Below are positions 12,463 through 23,380 of a stretch of 64,000 nt of DNA, one piece after another. The notes beneath the pieces are model-generated. The model saw only the letters and a program-made list of their open reading frames with translations, did not search any database and was not told the origin of the DNA. This DNA is from Octopus sinensis (Eukaryota): assembly GCF_006345805.1 (NCBI RefSeq), contig NC_043015.1, forward strand, positions 3,038,001 to 3,102,000. The letters are read 5' to 3'. Position 1 is the first letter of the stretch. Each line of letters starts with the position of its first letter. The translations under genes were made by a program, and so were the position numbers.

Positions 12463-14966
12463 TGGTATGATGAAATATAACATTAAAAAAAATTAGAATA
12501 ATTGTTGTACTGAAAACGGTGCATTTCCCTCGTGACAAGGTGGTATAAGAGCCATTATAAAGACAGACAGTCAGTTGTTGTAGGAGATCACTTGCATTAG
12601 AGTCGTTGTGCGAGTTCCCAGTTGGAGTCAACGTCACGCGATATGTACGAGTTCAATGTGCGGAGCTATGAGCGACAGCACGATAGACTAGTCAAAGATA
12701 ATAAGTCGCAGAATGTCACCAGGTGATATTGGTGACAAGATTATTACAGTGCCGAAGGCAAAACACAAGTGTACAAAAACCTACATTATAACAGTGGCGA
12801 CGAGGATATAACCGATTCACGCGGATAATGCTAGCAACTTTCTTTTTTGGTTTTCACGAGAAAATAAACAATTCACGCGGACGACGTCGAAAAATTCACC
12901 AGGTGGAGTTGTTAAAACTCGACAGAAGAGTAAATGACATTTTTGTTCCAGATATTTTATGAAAAATCCGTAAAGTTATGGAAAACGTGTTTGAGCTTCT
13001 AGCTGTATATCAGCAACAACAACAACTGAAAGAGCAACAAGAACAACAACAATTGTTACAGGAACAAATGTTACAACTAATGAAGTTGGTATCAAAACTG
13101 GAAAATACCTTTTCGCCAGATTACACAGCAAATTCAATAAATGAATTTAAATATGACCCGAGCATGGTATCAATTTCGAGGCATATTACTGACAATTTGC
13201 ACGCGTTTTCGAAAACGAATGCCAACAGAGGATGAACAGAATTAAAACGCGACTAATGTTGAGGAAACTGGTAACGATAGATCAGATTAGGCTGTTCCAC
13301 TAAAACAAAAACGAGGATAGCAGTAAAAGAAAAGGCAACACCTATTTGGAACGTAACCTGAGCAGCGTTGGACAAGGTCAATAAACAGTTAGAAAGACTA
13401 GAACATCTAGCTAAAATTGAAAAAGTCGACTATTGGAACTGGTAAAGAAAAAAGAATAATAAACTAAGAATGTGTGCCGACATTTAAACCGGATTAAATG
13501 ACTCTTTACTCGTACACAACTATCCACTATTAAGCACAGTAAAAGCGTTTTCAAAACTAAATGTAGGTAAAATTTTCTCGAGGTTCAGTTCTTTTGGAGT
13601 CCTATCTAAAGATAGCTTGCGTACTCATTTTCATAATCAAAACAGACCGTGGATTTTATAAATTAAATCGTTTTGGCCGGAGATGGACGAAGAAATTGAA
13701 AATGTAGAGAAGACTGCAGAGGCTGTCCTCTCGGAGCAAAAATGCCTGCTCAAAAATGGGAGCATTAGATAGAAGTAAAAATCCATGGACAAGACTATAC
13801 ATCGATTTTACGGGCCGTAGTATGTGACAGTTTTACAAATTGTCTGGAAATTGTTCAGATAAAATCTAATCTCCCTAACGGTAATATTTTTTTGGCACAA
13901 ATTTTGCGCTTGATTTGGCATCTTATACATAACTGTATCTGATAATGGAACACTATTTGTGTCCAGTGAATTTAGAAAATTTTTCGGAATTTTCACGGTA
14001 GAACATAAAACGACAGCACGCCTTAGCATCCAAGATCATATGACCGCATATGAAAGCGTTTTGTGAACAGTTTTAAAAGAGCCTTGAGAAAAGCAGACAA
14101 AGAAGCCACAAAGTCAATCTGCAGCAATTCCAAAAGGTTGCAAGGTAACACTAAATCCCAGCATACATTCAGAAACCTCAACAGCTGAACTAATGTTCGC
14201 GAGGAAGGTGGAATCAGTTTTTTTATGTACTGTTACCAGGAATGGAAAAAAAAGTACTAGGAAAGCAAATCCATAACTTTTCTGAATTAGTGATAATATG
14301 TATATGAGGTCATATAAAAGCAGAAAAAAATACTGGGAAGAAGGTAATATTATAAAGTACTTTGGGGAAATGATGTACGGTATTAAAAGCAGAAAAGGTT
14401 TGAAAAACGACACAGAAACCAATTGAAAAAGAGATTCATAGAAAATGAACCAGTCCGATCGCAAGAACAACTCGAATGGATGTATGACACATCCCAGGTA
14501 CCAGTACCTTTATAGGTGGTTGAAACCACGCATACAAGTCGAAGAAAACGAAAGGATATAGAGTTCTTACAAATACATGCAATGAGGAAAACAATATTAA
14601 ATCGGAAAAAAAATCCAAAAGGGAGGTGGTAGAATACAGTAATATAAAATTACTTGCTTCGTAAAGAACGAAACAAGTGGAGATATTGTAGTGAAAATGG
14701 TACACCTCCCCCCAGGTCAATCGTTGTAGAAAGTACTTAGTTGTACGAGTTCACAGCTGAAGTCAATGTCTCTTACGTGATATATACGAGTTGGAGTTAG
14801 CGTCACGGTAAACTATTCAAAGTCATTATCTTGCGGAGCTCTCAGCGATATGTTGATAGACGAACCAAAGATAATAAGTCACGGAATAGCGCTACAACAT
14901 ATTAGTGGTGACAAGAAAATTACAGTGCCGAGAATATACAAGCGAACGAAAATTCTCATTATAACA
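12463..14966 (+). mobile_element. Internally deleted Ty3/Gypsy LTR retrotransposon (K02A2.6-like/Mag-type) with both LTRs
   Basis: 5' LTR ~12463-12793 ending cattataACA, followed by PBS TGGCGACGAG at 12795; gag remnant 12978-13290 (NSINEFKYDPEHGINFEAYY..FENEC..KTRLMLRKL with frameshifts); RT remnant ~13335-13670 (AALDKVNKQLERLE..IEKVDY..VKKKNNKLRMCAD..TGLNDSL..NYPL..FSKLN.GKIFS); integrase ~13672-14170 (WPEMDEEIEN..NPWTRLYIDFTG..VSDNGTLFVSSEFRKF..HPRS); PPT aaaagggagg 14617-14626; 3' LTR 14627-14966 ending cattataACA. The 5' LTR start is approximate. Confidence 0.9.
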
Positions 14967-14990
14967 ATGATAAATATTATCTGCATCATG

Positions 14991-15067
<77 letters not shown>

Positions 15068-15171
15068 AATACTAATAAAGGACAAAGTTATATAATTAAT
15101 TAGTAATTAATAATTTTATCAAGCAGTGTGTTCAGTATTTAAAAGGACCCTCTCCGGTAAATTTAAACATA

Positions 15172-15286
15172 ACTTTATATAATTAGGGTTCGGCAAAAAA
15201 ATTGCTTTACCACATATTTACCAGCTATTTCTAAAAGTTCGTTATGTGGTAAAGCAAATTTTTTGACGAACCTAATTAGATAAAGT
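15172..15286. repeat. Short inverted repeat/hairpin (~45-bp arms, ~26-nt loop)
   Basis: actttatataattagggttcggcaaaaaaattgctttaccacata versus tatgtggtaaagcaaattttttgacgaacctaattagataaagt. Confidence 0.85.
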
Positions 15287-15287
15287 A

Positions 15288-15344
<57 letters not shown>

Positions 15345-16554
15345 TATATATTATATTATATATATATATATACAAATACAGAAAACGGTCACACCACATG
15401 TATAAGTTTAAAATATGTAGCAAATGCAGAAACGAAACATAGACACAGAATGGCAGGTTAAGCAACATATTCAATGTGCAGACGACTGGAAAATAACCAC
15501 AGTTCTCCATTACTTATCGACCGTTGGTGCTGACGCAGTTTCATATCTGTAGCGATAATATGAATTTCCATTTGGAGGCACCTGCAAGAAATTCAGGGTA
15601 TAGGGTACCGGGAACAGACAAACAATACACGGATAACAAGCGATACAGAAGTATGCATTCATTTTAGCTAACGTATTCTTATAAAAATATAGAACAAATT
15701 TGTATTGGCTACCGTCATATTATTAGCAGCACTACGCATAGAATAAATTTAAAGCGGGTTTTCCAATGAAATGTATGCATAGCGTACTTAATAAGAAAGT
15801 GGCTAGGTTATTAAGCGGATCTATTGAGTCCATTATGCGCAAAAGCTTTATGGAAATATGTTTCTAGAAACCTATACAATATATTCCTTAAATATTTTAT
15901 GGACTTTATAAGAGGAAGTAAAGTATTACTGTATAAACATTAAGAATTTACAGCCAAATTATTCATACACAAAATAGCAGATATTTATTGCATATAGCTT
16001 CACCTGAACACATTGCATTAATGAATTAGTAATCCAGAATTATTTTCATAAGATCGGGGTATAAGCTGGAAATTTTCTCATATATGCATTTCCCTATGAA
16101 TATGTAATATATTACAAACTATAACAACAAATCTATAATGTGCTAATGTTTATTCATTAAAAGATAAAAGATGATGTCGTACTGTAATACTTTCCCATAT
16201 TTCATATGGTGACTCGTACAAGATGAAGTAAATAGATGAGGATCAACATCGAAATCTTTCTTTAAAATCACGTTGTATGACTAGCATTGCAGATAAACGA
16301 TGGGAATTTAACAGAAACATTATACATTAAAAGGCATAAATATCAATAAACAGAAATAAATGCACGCTCAGACAAAATACCGAAGTGTATTTTGCCATGC
16401 GCAAATTATGTATGCATGTACGTATACATGCATACATATTTACATTCACACATTCATACTTATATACATATATATTTATTTATTGGTGCTCCAGCATCGT
16501 CGCAGTCACATGACTGAAACAAATGAAAGAAAGCAGAAAATATGCATATATATA

Positions 16555-16810
16555 TATCACCGTTATCAGATGTTGCTACACATCGCTGGTCACAATGCGC
16601 TTCGCATTGTTTTAGCCTTCAAATGACGCCACCCCGCTGGCTAAGCGAGCAGGCCAACAGAAGAACGAGTGAGAGAAAGTTGTGGCGAAAGAGTACAGCA
16701 GGGATCGCCACCACCCTCTGCCTGAGCTCATGGAGCTTTAGGTGTTTCCGCTCAATAAACACTCTGGGAATCGAAACAGCGATCCTACGACCGCAAGTCC
16801 GCTGCCCTAA
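16555..16810 (-). mobile_element. tRNA-derived SINE, family 'C', 5'-truncated
   Basis: Minus strand reads ttagggcagcggacttgcggtcgtaggatcgctGTTTCGATTCCcagag (B-box), then the body ...ggggtggcgtcatttgaaggctaaaacaatgcgaagcgcattgtgaccagcg, recalled as a common octopus repeat. Confidence 0.75.
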
Positions 16811-16811
16811 A

Positions 16812-17000
16812 CAAGGGAGAGTTTACGAAAAACACAAAAGAAGAAGACAGGCGGTGTACAAAACAAACAGATGTATTAGTATAACGCTCAGGAATATAAA
16901 AAAAACTTTTACGTTTCGAGCCTACGCTCTTCTACAGAAAAGGACACAGAAAAATCAAGGAGAGAAACAAGGAGAAAGAAATGCGTCTAGTGGATAAATA
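16812..17000 (-). repeat. Dispersed repeat with degenerate HHR-like motif; second copy at ~26270-26535
   Basis: Both loci share ggtgtacaaa.caaacagatgtatta.tataacgctcagga...ctacgctcttctacagaaa.g.acac..aaggagaga; minus strand gives CTGTAGA-A-GAGC-GTAG-GCTC-GAAACGT (16910-16937). Confidence 0.7.
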
Positions 17001-17374
17001 CATCAAGTAGTTTGTGCGAATTCCCACAGCACTGTCCTTTAATACAACAGCAAGTTTGATTGGTGTAGAATGATTAATATCCTGAAGACTAAACAACGAG
17101 GAAATTCGAGGTAAACTAATGGAAAAAGTCCGTGAAGAAATATGTTTTTCGAATTAACGGGCTCTCACAGGGCCCTTGACCATTATAGCTAATATATAAT
17201 GATATTCTATGAATGTGGTAAGATAGTCCCATGCAAATATATGCAATGCCGAAACATATGTAGCAACGGATTAATACAATTATAAAATCTCCATCCGTGA
17301 CATATTTCTCGTAATAACTGTATCTACATATACACATATATCATATTATATTATGTCATATCTTATTATATGAT

Positions 17375-17419
<45 letters not shown>

Positions 17420-19342
17420 TATATATGCAAAAAATCTGTATTACTCTCATAATAGACGTAAATGTGATTGTTAGCTCAGGTAACCCCGAGGAATAAAATA
17501 TTGGAAGCATTCTGATAGATTCCCATATGCAATGTTATTGTCAGGTAAAATACGGAGAATGTGATCTTGCATAATTTGTCTCTTTCTCAGGTGCCACACG
17601 TTTCGAAATAATGTTTCTTTGTGTTCGATAATTGCATTTTCCGGAGAATGTGAGTTTCCGACGGATGTAAGACTTTCCTACGTACAATAAACATTTCCCT
17701 CTTATCCGTATATATCATTGCCATGCTGTATTGAGTGTTCTTCGGTAGATCCAAGTTTTCTATTAGAGAATGCATATTTTAATATGAAAGAAAATATTCA
17801 CGCATACACTTTAGTGTGAAATTCAAGATAAAAGGCAAAAGTATCAAGTACAGTGAAACGACAATAAAATGTAGCAAGGTTATTAGTACGTGCGTGTCCC
17901 TGACGGTTTTTGCATGTGAAAGTGTTTATGAGTAGTGTACATACGTTTACACATAAAAAGTTATTGTTTTAATACAGATGGGGAGACGTAAGCAATGGCA
18001 TTTTATTATGTTTGTAAGAACATAATTTGAATGTAAAATGTGCGTACGTTTTTATATATTTGCCTGGGCAGATAATTAATTTTCACTTTTGTGAGAGAAT
18101 CTGTATATTCTTGAAGAGTGATTTCTGCATAGAACGCCTGTAGAAATGTAGATAACAGGCAATTCAAATTGTATATAAAAATGCCCGTTTAGAAATATCA
18201 GGAGATCAGTACGTTTTTAGAAAGAGAAACGACAATTAGTGTGATAAAAATGCAGAGAAGATGGTGCGAATATTGAATTCTGTGTTAATGTTAGAAGTGT
18301 ATGTTAATAACTGAATGCCTGTCACCTGAAAGAATTTAAGTGTCAAATAGATTGAGGAATCTACGAGTGTCATAAATATTAACTCACACTCGCTCTCCCT
18401 CACATCTATAACGAGGCCATTCAACTATGATTTCCTCACATATATAACGAGGTCGTTCAACTATGATTTTCATCGTCGACACAATCACCGCGTCAATATG
18501 CATCGACATATACTCAGAAATGCAAATTAAAAAACAAAACAAAAAAAGGAAACTAAAATAATATTTTAACTCGTTAATCTAATCTGCTCAATCTTTGAAT
18601 GTTTTAAATGAAAAAAACTCGCCCTGCATCTTAGCCCCTCAGGGACATTGCAGTTTTATTTGAATTCTAATCTCGTATTGGAATTCAAAACGTGTTATAT
18701 CTGTGAGTGGGTGTTTTCTTTTATACTAATGGTGATTTCAATAGCGAGGTCATTTCACATTTTAATTATAAAAGTAAACCTATATTGAAATTTATATTCA
18801 TCTTATGATATTTGAATTATACGTCATTTATTAAGTTATACGTTTTTATGTTTTTCGATTTCCTATAAACTATAAAATTATAATCAGTATTTTTTTATTC
18901 TTTTATTTTCAAATATATTGCTTTGTTTTTAAAATACTAAGTAATAATTTTAGTAATATTAAAGTAATTGTAAAATTTTTGTTTTCATGTATCTGTAATT
19001 TTTTCTGTATTATTCTTCGTTGTTTGTATTTCATCTAATATAATTTAAGGAAATCAACTTTATTTGTAATTAGATATTAACAATTGCGTTCAATTTCGGA
19101 TTCGGTATTTCAATGAACTGTATACAACTTCATTAATTAAAAAACCTTGTAATATAAACATAACACAACTCATAACAACAATACAAGAATTATAACAAAA
19201 TATTAATTTAGGAAAAATCTTTGAGGAATTAAATCTTATACGTTCTCTATAAATTTCAAATTAATAAAAAAACTATATATATATATATACATATATATAT
19301 AATATATATATATATGTAATAATATATATATATATTTATATA

Positions 19343-19373
<31 letters not shown>

Positions 19374-19459
19374 ATGTGTATATACATGTATACATATACG
19401 TATATAGATTTATAGATATGGATATGTAGACGCAGATAGATAGCTGCTATATATAATAC

Positions 19460-19492
<33 letters not shown>

Positions 19493-20027
19493 AGTGTTTG
19501 TCTGTGCGTGTGTGTGTGCGCCTGAACCTGTGTGTAAATACGTGTGTGTGTATGTGTTTGAATGTCATTATGTATATCATATATCAACAACTGAAAATTT
19601 TGAGAACAATGGTTTGTATTATTTAAAAGATATTTTAATACAGGGTATTTTATTATCAAATTTCAACACAGGCACATATATACGAACACACTTATACACT
19701 CCTGCACACACATGCGCACAAACCAGCGCATACACATATATGCACGTGCACACTAAATCACATAACTATATGTGGGCGTCTTTCCATGAACACACAACAC
19801 AAATATAAGTATTCCTTTGTGTATGTAGAAGTGTTAGATTGCAGTGTATACGTATAACTATTAATACTGTAATTGTTAATATCTTTATATGCCTCATAAG
19901 TAAATTAAATTCTCGCTAGTCGAGTCTCCTACATAAATGTGCAAGCCGGCGTACATACAGACACTATATATATCTGTGTTGTACTATATTTGTGTATAAC
20001 TCATTTAAGTTCAGAATAATCATTATA

Positions 20028-20062
<35 letters not shown>

Positions 20063-20316
20063 AGTTTAACATTAAGGATACTCTCTTAATAAGGGATCTT
20101 AACAAGAAATTAGCGGCTAGCTAGCGTGAAAACCTCATAAAAGAAAAGAATTCGAAAATAATTTTTTTTCTTTTGAACAAATTAATTATATCTATATTGG
20201 TATAGAGGGCATTATTACACATAAATGCCTCACACTAGGAGGGACAAAGTCATTACTACCAAAAATATCACTAATCATACCCAATGCAGTTTTTCAAAGC
20301 AAGACATTTAAAAAAT

Positions 20317-20385
20317 GAATTTAGTTCTGTATCACCGTGATTTCACATTCAACTTACGTCTAATGATCGTCAGCAGAACTGATTC
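20317..20385 (-). ncRNA. Type I hammerhead ribozyme, array copy 1 (minus strand)
   Basis: Reverse complement of AGTTCTG-CTGACGA-TCATTAGACGTAAGTTGAATGT-GAAA-TCAC-G-GTGA-TA^CAGAACT; predicted cleavage 3' of the nucleotide at 20330 on the minus strand. Confidence 0.85.
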
Positions 20386-20801
20386 TGAACACATCATAAA
20401 TAACTACCAACCTTACGTAGCGAAACGACGAACAGACAACTGCTCACTCCCTCCGCCAAGCACATGGAATGTTTTATAATCATATATCCGTAAATGGCGG
20501 GCTTTTTACGAACTGCATGTCGGGTAATGAAAAGTATTTCGGAATAAGTTTAACAATTAAGGATAATCCTCTAATAAGGGATCTTAACAAGAAATTATCG
20601 AGTAGCTAGCGTGAAAAACTCATAAAAGAAAAGAATTCGAAAATAATTTTTTTTCTTTTGAACAAATTAATTATATCTATATGTATAGAGGGCATTATTA
20701 CACATAAATGCCTCACACTAGGAGGGACAAAGTCATTACTACCAAAATTATACTAATCATACCCAAATGCAGTTTTTCAAAGCAAGACATTTAAAAAAAA
20801 T

Positions 20802-20872
20802 GAATTTAGTTCTGTATCACCGTGATTTCACACATTCAACTTACGTCTAATGATCGTCAGCAGAACTGATTC
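20802..20872 (-). ncRNA. Type I hammerhead ribozyme, array copy 2 (2-nt insertion beside helix II)
   Basis: Same motif; reads tttcacacattc instead of tttcacattc (real insertion or sequencing error). Confidence 0.7.
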
Positions 20873-21377
20873 TGAACACATCATAAATAAACTACCACCT
20901 TACGTAGCGAAGACGAACAGACAACTGCTCACTCCGGCCAGCACCATGGAGTTTATAAAATCATATATCCGGTAAATGTCTTGCTTTGAAAAACTGCATT
21001 TGGGTATGATTAGTATAATTTTGGTAGTAATGACTTTGTCCCTCCTAGTGTGAGGCATTTATGTGTAATAATGCCCTCTATACAATATAGATATAATTAA
21101 TTTTTTCAAAAGAAAAAAATTATTTTCGAATTCTTTTCTTTTATGAGGTTTTCACGCTAGCTACCCGATAATTTCTGGTAAGATCCTTATTAGAGATTAT
21201 CCTAATTGTTAAACTTATTCCGAAATACTTTTCATTACCCGACATGCAGTTCGTAAAAAGCCCGCCATTTACCGGATATATGATTTATCAACATTCCATG
21301 TGCTTGGCCGGAGTGAGCCAGTTGTCTGTTCGTCTTCGCTACGTAAGGTTGGTAGTTTATTTATGATGTGTTCAAAC

Positions 21378-21435
21378 AGTTCTGCTGACGATCATTAGAC
21401 GTAAGTTGAATGTGAAATCACGGTGATACAGAACT
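21378..21435 (+). ncRNA. Type I hammerhead ribozyme, array copy 3
   Basis: Helix I 21378-21384/21429-21435; CTGACGA 21385-21391; GAAA 21414-21417; cleavage after A21428. Confidence 0.85.
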
Positions 21436-21859
21436 AAATTCAATTTTTTAAATGTCTTGCTTTGAAAAACTGCATTTGGGTATGATTAGTATAATTTTGG
21501 TAGTAATGACTTGTCCCTCCTAGTGTGAGGCTTTATGTGTAATAATGCCCTCCTATCTATACAATATGATATATTAATTTGTTCAAAAGAAAAAAATTAT
21601 TTTCGAATTCTTTTCTTTTATGAGGTTTTCACGCTAGCTACCGATAATTTCTTGTGTAAGATCCCGTATTAAGAGATTATCCTTAATTGTTAAACTTATT
21701 CCGAATACTTTTCATTACCCGACATGCAGTTCGTAAACCCCGCCATTTACATTTACCGGATATATGATTTATAAACATTCCATGTGCTTGGCCGGAGTGA
21801 GCGTTGTCTGTAGTCGTTCTTCGCTACGTAAGGTTGGTAGTTTATTTATGATGTGTTCA

Positions 21860-21928
21860 GAATCAGTTCTGCTGACGATCATTAGACGTAAGTTGAATGT
21901 GAAATCACGGTGATACAGAACTAAATTC
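21860..21928 (+). ncRNA. Type I hammerhead ribozyme, array copy 4
   Basis: Helix I AGTTCTG 21865-21871 / CAGAACT 21916-21922 plus distal GAAT/ATTC; CTGACGA 21872-21878; helix II CATT/AATG, A.G mismatch, GAC/GTT, GUAA tetraloop; GAAA 21901-21904; helix III ATCAC-G-GTGAT; cleavage after A21915 (AUA). Confidence 0.9.
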
Positions 21929-22339
21929 ATTTTTTAAATGTCTTGCTTTGAAAAACTGCATTTGGGTATGATTAGTATAATTTTGGTAGTAATGACTTTG
22001 CCCCTCCTAGTGTGAGGCATTTATGTGTAATAATGCCCTCTATACAATATAGATATAATTAATTTGTTCAAAAGAAAAAAATTATTTTCGAATTCTTTTC
22101 TTTTATGAGGTTTTCACGCTAGCTACCCGATAATTTCTTGTTAAGATCCCTTATTAAGAGATTATCCTTAATTGTTAAACTTATTCCGAAATACTTTTCA
22201 TTACCCGACATGCAGTTCGTAAAAAGCCCGCCATTTACCGGATATATGTTTAAAAACATTCCATGTGCTTGGCCGGAGTGAGCAGTTGTCTGTTCGTCTT
22301 CGCTACGTAAGGTTGGTAGTTTATTTATGATGTGGTTCA

Positions 22340-22408
22340 GAATCAGTTCTGCTGACGATCATTAGACGTAAGTTGAATGTGAAATCACGGTGATACAGAA
22401 CTAAATTC
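22340..22408 (+). ncRNA. Type I hammerhead ribozyme, array copy 5
   Basis: Identical core to copy 4; CTGACGA 22352-22358; cleavage after A22395. Confidence 0.9.
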
Positions 22409-22523
22409 ATTTTTTAAATGTCTTGCTTTGAAAAACTGCATTTGGGTATGATTAGTATAATTTTGGTAGTAATGACTTTGTCCCTCCTAGTGTGAGGCAT
22501 TTATGTGTAATAATGCCCTCTAT

Positions 22524-22595
<72 letters not shown>

Positions 22596-22699
22596 TATAT
22601 ATATATAGAGAGAGACAAAGAGTACACACGTCACTATAATTTATACATAAAAATAGAAATATGGGGAAAAACACGCAAATCATCCAGACAGACGATACA

Positions 22700-23380
22700 A
22701 AGGAATCAAGGACGGATTATTCGAACTTTTCTATTCTTAGTCAAGTTCCAGTTTATCTTTGCAATTTCAGCTGGTCATACCCGAGATTGTTCCAATCTGC
22801 GAGCTCCAAGGAAAACAGTTAAGAGCATTAGCTTTCTTGTAAGAAAGCAGCAAATGTATACGCAAAGAAGGACGGAAAAAAGGAGAATTGTTACATAAAT
22901 ACAAATGCAATTAACAAGACATAAAAGAGGTGTCTTTCGTCCAAGGACGAAGTAAATATAGTTGGCGTGTGTGGAGGTAAAGCCTTGCGGCCGGGTCATG
23001 GGATAAGACAGAGACAGGAAGATATAGATGTTGCACGCATGTTAGTCGAACCATGAAAGAAAGGTCAGACTTGGCCGAACACCGGGTTAGAAGAGAAAGA
23101 GAGAGAGAGAGGCAGAAACAGAGGAATGGAAGATTTAAGGAAAAAATGAAAGAATCCTGTTAATTGCATTTGTATTTGTGTAACATTTATCCGTTATATT
23201 TTCGTCCTTGTTTTCGTATACATTCGCTGCTTTCTTTCAGGGAACATAATGCTCTTAGTTTAGTTTTTCGTTGAGGACTGGCCAGATTGGAGCAATAACG
23301 AGCATAACCAGCCGAAATTGCAAAGACAATCTGAAACTCGACTGAGGAGAGAAAACTAGGAATGACCAGTCCTTGTTTTC
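22700..23380. repeat. Two diverged copies of one dispersed repeat in inverted orientation (22700-22919 and 23155-23380)
   Basis: tctttgcaatttc.gctgg...gaaagcagc.aatgtatacg...ttaca.aaatacaaatgcaattaaca.ga is present on opposite strands, roughly three-quarters identical by eye; HHR-core-like remnant CTGAGGA...GAA...GTC at 23342-23371. Confidence 0.8.

Larger units (their letters stand above)
20063..22531. mobile_element. Retrozyme-like tandem array of ~480-bp HHR-containing units (about 1.9 units inverted plus about 3.2 units direct), flanked by (TA)n
   Basis: Periods 476, 486 and 480 bp (gtcttgc at 20978, 21454, 21940, 22420); left block 20063-20978 is the reverse complement of the right block; each complete unit carries a type I HHR. 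Confidence 0.9.

Noticed and set aside
20355-20450. Second hammerhead on the opposite strand of the array unit (CTAATGA...GAAC)
   Set aside because: G5 is A, no GAAA follows a proper helix II, and it is simply the complement of the true HHR region.
21861-21887. 27-nt exon-like segment (cAG|aatcag...attagac|GTAAGT) in each array unit
   Set aside because: It overlaps the ribozyme; GTAA is the GNRA loop of helix II, which explains the motif without splicing.
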